A stretch of DNA of 64,000 bases from Methanobacteriota archaeon. Its GTDB lineage: Bacteria; Myxococcota; UBA727; JABDBI01. The notes under the pieces were generated by a model. The model did no database searches, was not told where the DNA came from, and saw only the letters and a program-made list of their open reading frames with translations. The DNA is taken from the NCBI GenBank assembly GCA_013288705.1, contig JABDBI010000008.1:3036-67035 (forward strand), read 5' to 3'. Of the stretch, positions 33,165-42,809 are shown one piece after another (the stretch's first letter is position 1; every line of letters starts with the position of its first letter). Made by a program: the position numbers and the translations under genes.

Positions 33165-34640
33165 TCACGCCCGGCGAACAGCATTCTCCCATTTTCGCAC
33201 GTGCCGCGCCCTTTCATTTTCTTGCATCATGGGCTGAAAAACACGATCGAGCGGCCAAGCATCCCGCACTGCTTGCTTGCTGTCAAACACACCTACTGCG
33301 AGCCCCGCAAGTGCGGCTGCACCAAGTGCAGTGGTTTCTACGACCTTTGGTCGAGCACAGGCAATATCGAGCACATCCGCTTGAAACTGCATCAGAAAAT
33401 TATCTGCTGCAGCACCGCCATCAACTTTCAACTGCAAAATAGTGCCAGCATCTTTTTGCATCGCCACCATGATGTCCCGATTTTGCATCGCAATCCCCTC
33501 CAACACAGCACGGGCCAAATGCCCCTTGTTGGTATCACGAGAAATACCGGCAAATAAGCCACGCGCCTCGGGCCTCCAGTGGGGCGCGCCGAGTCCTGAA
33601 AGGGCTGGCACGAACACAACATCGCCACTCTCAGGCACGGTCTGTGCCAAACTCTCGACGTCAGATGAACGCTGAATCACACCCAACCCATCGCGCAACC
33701 ACTGCACTGCCGCACCGGCAATAAAAGCCGCACCCTCCAAACAAAACTGCGTCTCACCGCGCAGAGAGATGGCAACAGACGTCAACAGCCCATTTTGGGA
33801 GTAGACAATCTTGGTTCCGGTGTTGAGCAAAATAAAGCAGCCAGTGCCAAAGGTTGCTTTTGCTTCACCCTGATCGAAACAAGCTTGACCAAACAAAGCA
33901 GCTTGCTGATCACCAGCGATACCCGCAATCGGGATGCCATCGGGCAAAAACCCAAGGCCCTTGGTTTGCCCATAGACCTCACTGCTCGAACAGATTTTTG
34001 GCAAGCACACGCGTGGGATCCCCATAAGCTTTAATATTTCGTCATCCCACTGCAACGTTTTGAGATTCATCAGCAAAGTCCGGCTGGCATTGGTAGCGTC
34101 GGTAACGTGGACCTGGCCACCCGTTAAACGATGGACCAACCAGGTATCGATGGTGCCAAAAAGTGCTTCCTTGCCGGAAGCCATTGCCAAGGCATTGGGC
34201 ACATTGGCAAATAGCCACATGAGCTTGGTGCCAGAAAAATAAGGGTCTAACACCAGCCCGGTTTTCTCGCGAATCATCGGTTCATGGCCAGCACGCTTGA
34301 GCTCTTGGCAGATGTCTGTAGTACGTCGACACTGCCACACAATAAAGTTGTGAAGAGGCTCGCCATTCGGGCGAAATAGGCAGGTGGTTTCGCGCTGGTT
34401 AGTAATGCCGATGGCAGCTAATTCTTCGCCTTTTACATTGGCTTTGGCGAGAGAAGCCGTCACTGCTTTTTCCACCGAATTCCAAATATCGATGGCTCGA
34501 TGTTCGACATACCCTGGCTTTGGAAAAATCTGCGGATACTCCACATTGGCTTTTCCAAGCACTTGCAGCTGGTCGTCCATCACTAGACCGGTTGTCCCGG
34601 TTGTTCCCTGATCAATTGCCAGCAAAAGCTTTCTTCCCAT
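33165..34640 (-). CDS. glpK: glycerol kinase
   Basis: LLAIDQGTTGTTGLV ... GITNQRETT ... FHSG-type actin-fold ATPase motifs. Start MGRKLL chosen over the N-terminal extension. Confidence 0.9.
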   Translation of the reverse strand: MGRKLLLAIDQGTTGTTGLVMDDQLQVLGKANVEYPQIFPKPGYVEHRAIDIWNSVEKAVTASLAKANVKGEELAAIGITNQRETTCLFRPNGEPLHNFIVWQCRRTTDICQELKRAGHEPMIREKTGLVLDPYFSGTKLMWLFANVPNALAMASGKEALFGTIDTWLVHRLTGGQVHVTDATNASRTLLMNLKTLQWDDEILKLMGIPRVCLPKICSSSEVYGQTKGLGFLPDGIPIAGIAGDQQAALFGQACFDQGEAKATFGTGCFILLNTGTKIVYSQNGLLTSVAISLRGETQFCLEGAAFIAGAAVQWLRDGLGVIQRSSDVESLAQTVPESGDVVFVPALSGLGAPHWRPEARGLFAGISRDTNKGHLARAVLEGIAMQNRDIMVAMQKDAGTILQLKVDGGAAADNFLMQFQADVLDIACARPKVVETTALGAAALAGLAVGVFDSKQAVRDAWPLDRVFQPMMQENERARHVRKWENAVRRA

Positions 34641-34711
34641 TTTGAATCTCCGGCACAAGGATGTATACGCTTCATCAGAGATTAACGAGAAAGACAACGA
34701 GGTTTTCTAAA

Positions 34712-35710
34712 ATGCGCCATCACGTCACATTGATTCCCGGCGACGGCATTGGTGAAGAAGTTGCAGAGGCAACGCTGGAAGTGCTCAAAGCTGCCGGTGT
34801 GGATATCCAATGGGACCACCAAAGTGCCGGGCTTGCTGCGCTCTATAAATCTGGCACGCCAGTTCCCAAGGCGACCTTAGATTCTATTAGAAAAAATGGC
34901 GTGGCACTCAAAGGACCGACTACCACACCTGTGGCTTCTGGCCATCGCAGCGCCAACGTGATTTTGCGGCAAGAGCTCGACCTCTATGCCTGCATTCGCC
35001 CTGTAAAATCGGTGCCAGGTGTAAAATCGCGTTATGAAAACGTAGACCTCGTCATTTTTCGCGAAAATACGGAGGGTCTTTATGGCGGACAGGAATTGGA
35101 AGTCACCAAGGGTACCTTCGTAGCCCTTAAAGTGGTCACAGAGCACGCATGCACAGCCATTGCCAACGCCACATTCGCTTATGCGGCGAAGCACAACAGG
35201 CATCATGTAACAGTTGGGCATAAGGCGAATATTTTGAAGCTCAGCGACGGGCTTTTTCTCCATCGTGCCTACCAAGTGGCCGAGCAATACCCTGGCATCA
35301 CCTGTAATGATGTCATCGTAGATGCCCTTTGTATGCGGCTCGTCACAGACCCCTCCCAATTTGACATGTTGCTTCTGGAAAATCTTTACGGCGACATTTT
35401 GTCTGACCTGTGCGCTGGTTTAGTTGGCGGTTTAGGCTTGGTGCCCGGAGCCAATATTGGCAATGATTACGCGGTGTTTGAGGCTGTGCATGGCTCTGCC
35501 CCAGACATAGCGGGGCAAGGTTTGGCCAATCCCACAGCGCTAATCAAAAGCGCAGTCATGATGCTTCAGCATTTGGGGGAACAAACGGCAGCGGCTAGAA
35601 TCGATACGGCAGTTGAATCTGTGTTCCTACAGGGGCATGTGCGCACACGCGATTTAGGTGGCCAAGCAACGACACAGGAATTCACCAAGGCACTGCTAGC
35701 GGCCCTGTAA
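34712..35710 (+). CDS. isocitrate/isopropylmalate dehydrogenase family enzyme (likely NAD-dependent isocitrate dehydrogenase)
   Basis: IPGDGIGEEV N-terminus, SANVxLRQELDLYACIRP and NLYGDILSDLCAGLVGGLG blocks. ATG at 34712 with an AACGAGG RBS. Confidence 0.7.
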   Translation: MRHHVTLIPGDGIGEEVAEATLEVLKAAGVDIQWDHQSAGLAALYKSGTPVPKATLDSIRKNGVALKGPTTTPVASGHRSANVILRQELDLYACIRPVKSVPGVKSRYENVDLVIFRENTEGLYGGQELEVTKGTFVALKVVTEHACTAIANATFAYAAKHNRHHVTVGHKANILKLSDGLFLHRAYQVAEQYPGITCNDVIVDALCMRLVTDPSQFDMLLLENLYGDILSDLCAGLVGGLGLVPGANIGNDYAVFEAVHGSAPDIAGQGLANPTALIKSAVMMLQHLGEQTAAARIDTAVESVFLQGHVRTRDLGGQATTQEFTKALLAAL

Positions 35711-35775
35711 TTGGTATTTGCCAATTGGTTAGAAGCGATCTATAAGAGGCTCTCGAAATCTAATTAGGTGATCAA

Positions 35776-36081
35776 ATGGCCCGTACCTGTCAAGTTGCCC
35801 GCGAAGAGAAACGTGAGAAGCTGATGCGTCTGAACAAAGACCGCCGCAAGGCGCTGCGCGAGGCGCAGATCAATCCGAAGCTATCAGACGAAGAGCGTCT
35901 CGATGCACGGATGAAGCTTAACAAATTGCCACGGGATTCTTCTTTGGTACGCTTGACCCGTCGCTGCCAGGTCACTGGCGCTGCACGATCGGTTTACCGT
36001 AAGTTCAAGCTAAACAGAATCACTTTTCGTAACATGGCCCTTGCTGGATTGCTGCCTGGGGTAACCAAAGCCAGCTGGTAG
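35776..36081 (+). CDS. rpsN: 30S ribosomal protein S14 (long, non-zinc form), located outside any ribosomal-protein operon
   Basis: 101 aa; ...LNKLPRDSS...RCQVTG...LPGVTKASW matches the S14 family. Confidence 0.75.
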   Translation: MARTCQVAREEKREKLMRLNKDRRKALREAQINPKLSDEERLDARMKLNKLPRDSSLVRLTRRCQVTGAARSVYRKFKLNRITFRNMALAGLLPGVTKASW

Positions 36082-36088
36082 TCTTGGT

Positions 36089-36658
36089 TTGCGCTTAAAA
36101 TCTTCCACATCCCATTCTTGGGTACAGACAGCGCTCGCTGATTTTGATGCGTTTTTGCTCGACCATGCAGCTTGCGAGCGCAAAGCATCTGCGTTGGCGA
36201 TGTCGCTGGTGGCGCATTATCCCGATCGCAAAGAGCTCGTTTCGGCGATGATCGAACTCGCCCTGGAAGAGCTCACGCATTTTCAGCAGGTCAATGATCT
36301 CATTGCAACACGCGGCTTGACGCTTGCTCCCGATACCAAAGATGGTTATGTCGCTGAGATGCGCAAGCTTGCGCGGGGTGGCACCAATGAATACCTGTTG
36401 GATCGACTTCTGATCGCTGGGGCCATTGAGGCGCGCGGTTGTGAACGCTTTGGGCTTTTGGCCGAACACTTGCCAGAGAGCGACTTAAAAAATTTCTACC
36501 TCGATATCACACGCTCAGAAGCTCGACATCACGGGCTGTTTGTGCGCATTGCGCGGCATTATTTTGACACGAAAGTGATTGAAAAACGCCTCGAAGAAAT
36601 TTTGTCGGCCGAAGCAGTGATCGTCGCTGGTTTGCCCCTACGCGCTGCGGTACATTAA
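36089..36658 (+). CDS. miaE: tRNA-(ms2io6A)-hydroxylase MiaE (ferritin-like diiron)
   Basis: Blocks DHAACERKASALAMSLV, EELTHFQQV, IAGAIEARGCERFGLLAEHL and FYLDITRSEARHHGLF align to my memory of MiaE. Confidence 0.7.
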   Translation: MRLKSSTSHSWVQTALADFDAFLLDHAACERKASALAMSLVAHYPDRKELVSAMIELALEELTHFQQVNDLIATRGLTLAPDTKDGYVAEMRKLARGGTNEYLLDRLLIAGAIEARGCERFGLLAEHLPESDLKNFYLDITRSEARHHGLFVRIARHYFDTKVIEKRLEEILSAEAVIVAGLPLRAAVH

Positions 36659-36662
36659 CGTC

Positions 36663-37871
36663 ATGCAGCGCAAAGATATTGTTGGCAAATATTTGGCGCT
36701 CTATGCAGAACAAGACACGCGTATTTTGGAACAAATTGACGGCGAGTTTGGCCATGTCTTGGTCATTCCAGCTTATGGGGAAGATGCGCAATTTGAAGAA
36801 ACTCTCGCCTCAATTCCTTGTGGGCCACTTGGGCAAGTTCTCGTCATCGTCGTTGTGAATGCGCCCGAGAACGCTCCCAGCTTGATGCTCGATCGCAATC
36901 AAAAGTTGCTTCAGCATCTTTTTGCAAACCCTGTAACCACTCGGGGGCATAGAATCTTCTGCATCGATCGATCGCGGGTACCACCCAAGCAGGGCGTTGG
37001 GCTGGCACGAAAAATTGGTTGCGATATCGCTTTGAAGCTCTGGCATGCCGGCAAGCTCGCTTCACCGTGGATACATTGCACCGATGCTGACGTCATGTTG
37101 CCAACCGACTATTTCTCCCAAGTGAGTGGGTGCGACGATAACGTCGCTGCATGGGTCTATGCTTTTCGCCATGTTGGGGATGCGCAAGATCATATTCAAC
37201 AAGCAACGATGCTACACGAAATTGCGCTGCGACTTTACGTCGCTGGCCTTGCATTCGCCGGATCGCCACATGCTTATCATGCGATTGGCAGTACCATGGC
37301 ATTTCGCGCACATGCCTATGCTGCTGTACGAGGGTTTCCTAAGCGAGCTGCAGGAGAAGACTTCTATCTGCTAAACAAACTCGCCAAGGTTGGCGCGATT
37401 CAAAGTGGGCAAGACCAGCCCATTCTCATTCGTTCACGGCCATCGCTACGCGTGCCCTTTGGTACCGGACCTGCGGCAGTGCAAATCGCTGACGCAATGA
37501 CACGTGGCGATGTGCCTAACATCTATCACCCGAATGTTTTTCGCACGCTCAAAAGCTGGCTTTTAGATCCATCGGAGATTGGCGTTGATCTCACGCAATA
37601 CCCCACGATCGAAATGAAGCAGCGCGCATTTCACACTTGGTTTGATGCGTTCCGTACCATGAAAATGATCAACGAACTGCGCGACACGCGTTTTCCGAAT
37701 CTTTCGGTAGAAGCTCTGATACGAGACCATCGCGATTATCTTGAGAATGATTTAGGTTTTAGAACCAATTTGCGTTTGCTCCCACTAACACCGGTAACAT
37801 TCAGTTTACCAAGCGGTGGAGGGAACACACGTGAATTTATTCCGAACAAAACCGATCGATTCGATCGCTGA
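36663..37871 (+). CDS. glycosyltransferase family 2-like protein
   Basis: LVIPAYGE near the N-terminus and DAD (HCTDADVML) are GT-A-like motifs; about 400 aa. Confidence 0.45.
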   Translation: MQRKDIVGKYLALYAEQDTRILEQIDGEFGHVLVIPAYGEDAQFEETLASIPCGPLGQVLVIVVVNAPENAPSLMLDRNQKLLQHLFANPVTTRGHRIFCIDRSRVPPKQGVGLARKIGCDIALKLWHAGKLASPWIHCTDADVMLPTDYFSQVSGCDDNVAAWVYAFRHVGDAQDHIQQATMLHEIALRLYVAGLAFAGSPHAYHAIGSTMAFRAHAYAAVRGFPKRAAGEDFYLLNKLAKVGAIQSGQDQPILIRSRPSLRVPFGTGPAAVQIADAMTRGDVPNIYHPNVFRTLKSWLLDPSEIGVDLTQYPTIEMKQRAFHTWFDAFRTMKMINELRDTRFPNLSVEALIRDHRDYLENDLGFRTNLRLLPLTPVTFSLPSGGGNTREFIPNKTDRFDR

Positions 37872-39240
37872 AGAGAACTCTTCACTCAAGCGCTGCTTAG
37901 GCGCTGCGGATGTGACGTTTATGGGTATTGGCGCCATCATTGGCGCGGGCATCTTCGTGCTCACCGGCGTTGTCGCGGCTACGCATGCAGGTCCGGCGGT
38001 TGTTTTGTCGTATGTCGTTTCGGGGCTGGCGTGCGTCTTTGTTGCGCTGTCCTACGCAGAGCTCGCGGCGAGTGTTGGCGGTTGTGGAAGCGCTTATGGC
38101 TATGCATATGCAGGTCTTGGCGAAATTATTGCGTGGGCCATTGGATGGGATTTGCTGCTTGAATATGGCTTAGGCATTTCTACCGTCGCTATTGGTTGGT
38201 CGGGATATGTGAACAACGCACTGTCTGCCATTGGCATCCCTCTTCCCGAGATGCTGACAAAGAGCCCATTTGAGGGCGGCTATATCAATCTGCCTGCAAC
38301 GCTCATTATTCTCTTGCTCACCGGCTTGCTTTGTATTGGTGTGCGCGAGAGCGCGCGTTTTAACGTCGCCATTGTGTTTGTGAAATTACTAGCAATCGGG
38401 CTTTTCATTTCGGTCGCAGCTTTTCACACTAATCTGGATAACTGGAAAGTATTCATGCCGTTTGGCTGGAACGGTGTCATGCATGGTGCGGCCTTGGTAT
38501 TTTTTGCTTACATTGGGTTCGACGCTGTTTCTACCGCGGCTGAAGAAACGATTAAGCCGCAGCGTGATCTTCCCATTGGCATTATTTTGTCGCTCGCAAT
38601 TTGTACGGTGATCTATATTATTGTTTCTGCACTCCTCACATTGGTGGTTCCTTACACATCGCTCAACGTGAGTTCTCCTGTGGCCAATGTTCTTTTGCAG
38701 CTCGGCAAACCAACTGCGGCGGCATTTATTGCAGCTGGTGCCATCGCTGGTTTAACAACAGTGATGTTGGTGCTCTATTATGGCTTCTCGCGCATTTTTC
38801 TGGCTATCGCGCGCGATGGTCTTTTGCCAGCACGCTTTGCCCGGGTGCACCCGAAGGCAAAGACTCCTGTAACAGTACTTGTGATGAGTGGTTTCTTTCT
38901 TGCGACAGTCGCTGGATTTACGCCGATTGGGCAGCTTGCTGAACTCGTCAACATTGGCACGCTGGCAGCGTTCACCGTCGTTTGTGGCGGTGTGATTGTG
39001 TTGCGGCGCAAGCAGCCGAACTTGAATCGGCCGTTTAAGCTCGCGCTGCATCCCGTGTTCCCGATTTTGGGGATTTTGTTTTGTGGGTATTTGATGCTGA
39101 GTTTGCCGGCAATTACTTGGTTGCGCTTCGTTGGTTGGATGGCGATCGGGTTTCTGATATACTTTGGTTACGGCAAGAAGCATAGCAAGCTTGCTGGTGA
39201 TGATAATTATGCTGTGCGTATGCGCGAGGCGGTTGAGTAG
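37816..39240 (+). CDS. amino acid permease (APC superfamily, cationic amino acid transporter-like)
   Basis: GAGIFVLTGVVAA...; 12-14 TM. A GTG at 37831 with a GGTGGAGGG RBS is an alternative start. Overlaps the glycosyltransferase 3' end. Confidence 0.8.
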   Translation: MEGTHVNLFRTKPIDSIAEENSSLKRCLGAADVTFMGIGAIIGAGIFVLTGVVAATHAGPAVVLSYVVSGLACVFVALSYAELAASVGGCGSAYGYAYAGLGEIIAWAIGWDLLLEYGLGISTVAIGWSGYVNNALSAIGIPLPEMLTKSPFEGGYINLPATLIILLLTGLLCIGVRESARFNVAIVFVKLLAIGLFISVAAFHTNLDNWKVFMPFGWNGVMHGAALVFFAYIGFDAVSTAAEETIKPQRDLPIGIILSLAICTVIYIIVSALLTLVVPYTSLNVSSPVANVLLQLGKPTAAAFIAAGAIAGLTTVMLVLYYGFSRIFLAIARDGLLPARFARVHPKAKTPVTVLVMSGFFLATVAGFTPIGQLAELVNIGTLAAFTVVCGGVIVLRRKQPNLNRPFKLALHPVFPILGILFCGYLMLSLPAITWLRFVGWMAIGFLIYFGYGKKHSKLAGDDNYAVRMREAVE

Positions 39241-39260
39241 GCTTTGCGATTGGGGGGGCA

Positions 39261-40394
39261 ATGCATCCGGTGGTGAAGGGAGTTCCGCAGAATCATGCGA
39301 CACATGGTTCAGTTTCATCCTCACCGCGCAAGACTGCATCCGCGCATGATGCCGACGTTGCCCCTCGCGCTCAACCTACACCTCATGAAAGGTTGCAAGG
39401 CCTCAAAGAGAGGTATCAAAACGACTGGGGTCTACAGAAAGACCCAACCAGTCGATGGAGTCAATTTAAGGCATGGCTAGGACATGGAAAATGGAAAGAT
39501 ATTATTCATCCATTTCACGCTGGTGAAAAAATCGTGCTAGAGCACCGTGCGAAATTTGCTACCGAAGCGATTAACGCGCTTGCCGATGTGGAAAAGAGTG
39601 CGGCACCTGCATTCGATCGGCAGCTCCTTCACCAAGTAGAAGCGGATCTGAAAGAGTTAACCGGAAAATCTGACATTGTTGAAGATCCGATGAAGAAGAT
39701 CCGTGGCCTGTTAGATGCAGCCGATGTGCGAGCGTCAAAGCAACGCGAAGAGCAACAGGCAGTTGATCGCGCAAGTCGAGATGCGGGTTACCTGGTGAAT
39801 ATACGTCAAAATCGGTCATTCGGCCGGCGTGATCCAGGTTGGGTGGAGAGAAATCGAACAACTTTTGGCGAGCTTATTCGGATTCGCGCGAACATAGATA
39901 GTTATCCGCGCGAGCTTCAAGATCAGATAAAACGCGACTACAAAGAGATCTTCAGCAAGCTGGTCCTATCAGCCGTGGATGGAGGATCTCTGTTTGTGTT
40001 AAGCAGGGGTGAAGAAGCGCTTCGACGGGGAGATAGCGACCCTATGCAGCGCCCGCTGCTGGATTCGCTTGTCGCTCTTAACCACGCGCCTTCCATGCGC
40101 GTCGAGATGGAAATCGAAAATGCATTTGGTAAAGCCCATGATTCTGCGGACCTAAGCAATGCAATTGCCGCAACGAAGCGCTTGCTTGAGAATGAGCAAC
40201 GGGAGGACATCAGGGCAGCGCTGACTCAGGCTCTCAAAACGCTTGAGGCCGGCGCACGTGACCTGGAAAGTAATGTAATTCGCGATCCACAGGTGTTTGT
40301 TGGCAATTTAAGAGCGCAGGTTGTTGGAGCATTTGAACAGGCTCGTCAACAAGATCTGCTGGACTTACATTTTGCTGCGCTTGATAAAGCCTAA
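39261..40394 (+). CDS. hypothetical cytoplasmic protein (charged, helical)
   Basis: 377 aa, no signal peptide or TM, no motif recognised. 4-nt overlap with the convergent AI-2E transporter gene. Confidence 0.4.
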   Translation: MHPVVKGVPQNHATHGSVSSSPRKTASAHDADVAPRAQPTPHERLQGLKERYQNDWGLQKDPTSRWSQFKAWLGHGKWKDIIHPFHAGEKIVLEHRAKFATEAINALADVEKSAAPAFDRQLLHQVEADLKELTGKSDIVEDPMKKIRGLLDAADVRASKQREEQQAVDRASRDAGYLVNIRQNRSFGRRDPGWVERNRTTFGELIRIRANIDSYPRELQDQIKRDYKEIFSKLVLSAVDGGSLFVLSRGEEALRRGDSDPMQRPLLDSLVALNHAPSMRVEMEIENAFGKAHDSADLSNAIAATKRLLENEQREDIRAALTQALKTLEAGARDLESNVIRDPQVFVGNLRAQVVGAFEQARQQDLLDLHFAALDKA

Positions 40395-41467
40395 TTTTGA
40401 ATCTTGAAAAGTAGCGGCCTATAGTGCTGCTTATAAATATCCGTCATCGCCATAAACATCGTGACCACCAAGGGCCCATAAAAAATCCCCAGCGGCCCAA
40501 ACACTTTCACACCCGCAAGCACCGACAGAAAAACCAACGCCGCGTGCATCTGACTCTGCCCGCCGATAAACTGCGGCTTCACCAACAATTCAAAAATTGC
40601 ATAATACGTTAGGTTATAAGCCAAATACCCAAAACCAAGCGTTATATTGCCATCTAGAAGCAAAACACCAAAAGCCGGGATAAAAACAAGCGTCGGTCCG
40701 ACGACGGGCACAAAAGCGCAGAGTGCTATCACGACACCCCAAAATAAGCCCTGCTCAAACCCAAACCAATACATGCCAAGGCCACCCAGCACGCCCTCGC
40801 CGAGTGCAATGATGCCATTTCCGACAAACACCGCACGCGCAATCGCACCGAACCTGCGCATAAGAAGCTCTTTTTCATCGCGCGCCAATGGCATTAACTC
40901 CATGAAATATCGTTTTAACTCACCGCCCGAAATAAATAGCGTGAGAACAATGACCATCGTGACGAGAAAATAAACGCCAATCAATAAAGCGTTCGAGGCC
41001 ACTGCTGTCAGCGTATCATAGACGAAAAGACCAAACGACTGCACAAGGCCAGTAATCTCTTGCGCGAGTTTCTCTGCAGGAACGTTGATTCCTATCGAGA
41101 TCGCTAGATCATGCAAATGTGCAATCACCGGATGTGTGCTCGACAAGTTAGCAAACAAGTTGCCAAAAAGATTTGTGCCCCTGCTTTGCTCATAAAATGA
41201 AAGCGCTTGCTGTGATAGCGAGGCGATAAAGAAACCAAAGGGAATCATGACACAGAGCACAATTAACAACGTCGTCAGACCCGCAGCCAGAGACTTAACA
41301 CCCCTGAAAACTCGCAACATGAAACGATAGACTGGGTGAAAAATTGATACCATCACCAATGCCAGCACCACCGGTGTTATAAATGTCCAAAGGAGCTGTA
41401 AAACTAAAAGCAAACTAATTAAAAAAGTAAGCAGAAATACGTAAATGGTAAAACGTGAATTGTTCAT
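40391..41467 (-). CDS. AI-2E family transporter (PerM/UPF0118)
   Basis: 358 aa, about 8 TM, family-typical pattern (PFGFFIASL...; IPVVGPTLVFIPAFG). Confidence 0.7.
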   Translation of the reverse strand: MNNSRFTIYVFLLTFLISLLLVLQLLWTFITPVVLALVMVSIFHPVYRFMLRVFRGVKSLAAGLTTLLIVLCVMIPFGFFIASLSQQALSFYEQSRGTNLFGNLFANLSSTHPVIAHLHDLAISIGINVPAEKLAQEITGLVQSFGLFVYDTLTAVASNALLIGVYFLVTMVIVLTLFISGGELKRYFMELMPLARDEKELLMRRFGAIARAVFVGNGIIALGEGVLGGLGMYWFGFEQGLFWGVVIALCAFVPVVGPTLVFIPAFGVLLLDGNITLGFGYLAYNLTYYAIFELLVKPQFIGGQSQMHAALVFLSVLAGVKVFGPLGIFYGPLVVTMFMAMTDIYKQHYRPLLFKIQN

Positions 41468-41484
41468 CTTATTGCGATGCTAAC

Positions 41485-42807
41485 TTACGCTTTTCTCAAG
41501 TGCAATGCTTTGGGTTCAGTAAACGTGCGTATTCCCTCAATAGATAGCGTCGTCCCGATGCCTGAGTGCTTGCGCCCGGTCCATGGCAAGCGGGGGCTCA
41601 CGCGATCGCAGCAGTTCCAATAGCCAGTGCCCACTTTGAGTTGGCGCAGTATCTTCTCGGATTGTTCACGCGAACGACTATATACACTCGCTGTTAAGCC
41701 GTACTCGGTGTCTTGCATCATCTGCAAAGCTTCATCGTCGTCTTGAGCCACCTGAATTCCAATCACAGGACCAAAGCTCTCCTCTCGCATGATCAGCATC
41801 TGGTGATTGGTATTTGTCACCACGGTCGGGGCGAAATAATTGCCTTGTCGCGCAAGGCGACTTCCACCGCATAACACGCGCGCACCCTTGCTTTTGGCAT
41901 CGTCCACTTGGTTTTGCAGAACATCGATTTGTGAAGGGCGAGTTAACGGCCCAATAAACGTCTTGTCATCCAGTGGATTGCCAATAACATAGCTTTCTAC
42001 TTCTTGCACAAACCTCGCCACAAATGGATCGGCAATGCGCGCGTGCACATAAATACGCTCTACAGAACAACAGCTCTGCCCAGCGTTATAGAATGCACCT
42101 TCTGCAAGCGCGCACGCAGTGGCCTCGACATCGGCATCTTCACGCACATAAGCTGGATCTTTGCCACCCAGCTCAAGCTGCATCTTGATCATGCGTGGTC
42201 CGATAGTCGCCGCAATTTTTTTGCCTGTGGTATAGGAGCCAGTAAAAAAAACAGCGTCAATCTCAGACTCGAGTAGTTTTGCTCCAACGTCACCCTCGCC
42301 CTCGATCAGAGAAAATATACCCGCCGGCACACCCGATTGTTGCAGAAGCTGCGCAATCTTTTGCCCGGTCATGGAAGCGAACTCGGATGGTTTATAAAGC
42401 ACTGCGTTGCCAGTCAAAAGCGCGGGGACAAAAACGTTGGTGCCAATAAAATAGGGATAATTCCAAGCCGAAATATTGGCGATGACACCCAGTGGCTCGC
42501 GGATGATTTGTTCCTCGATGCTATCCCCCGCGCGGCTCACTATCTGTGGCTGCATCGCGTCATCAATATGCTCAAGAAAAAAAGCAATGCGGCCATCGGT
42601 GGCTTTGATCTCGGCGCGTGCCTGGACAATTGGCTTGCCGGTCTCTTCAGACAGCGTTCGCGCTAATGCCTCGGTGTTTTCGCGCAACAAGGATCCGAAG
42701 CGTCCTATGGCTTCTTTGCGGATCTTACCCGATACATTTTGCCATAGGGGCTGCGCTCGTCTAGCCTCGGTGAGTTTCTGGGCAATGGTTTCTGGAGTGT
42801 CGGACAT
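41485..42807 (-). CDS. NAD(P)-dependent aldehyde dehydrogenase
   Basis: ALDH motifs: ELGGKDP (Glu active site), CCSVERIYV region (catalytic Cys), FTGSYTTGKK. Confidence 0.85.
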   Translation of the reverse strand: MSDTPETIAQKLTEARRAQPLWQNVSGKIRKEAIGRFGSLLRENTEALARTLSEETGKPIVQARAEIKATDGRIAFFLEHIDDAMQPQIVSRAGDSIEEQIIREPLGVIANISAWNYPYFIGTNVFVPALLTGNAVLYKPSEFASMTGQKIAQLLQQSGVPAGIFSLIEGEGDVGAKLLESEIDAVFFTGSYTTGKKIAATIGPRMIKMQLELGGKDPAYVREDADVEATACALAEGAFYNAGQSCCSVERIYVHARIADPFVARFVQEVESYVIGNPLDDKTFIGPLTRPSQIDVLQNQVDDAKSKGARVLCGGSRLARQGNYFAPTVVTNTNHQMLIMREESFGPVIGIQVAQDDDEALQMMQDTEYGLTASVYSRSREQSEKILRQLKVGTGYWNCCDRVSPRLPWTGRKHSGIGTTLSIEGIRTFTEPKALHLRKA

Positions 42808-42809
42808 CG

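Noticed and set aside
34661-34711. Upstream TTG/ATG extensions of the IDH-family gene, glpK, pdxJ, pepP, the EVE gene and rpmB as the true starts
   Set aside because: In each case an internal ATG with a better RBS and an N-terminus matching family norms exists; the extensions overlap neighbouring genes or terminators.
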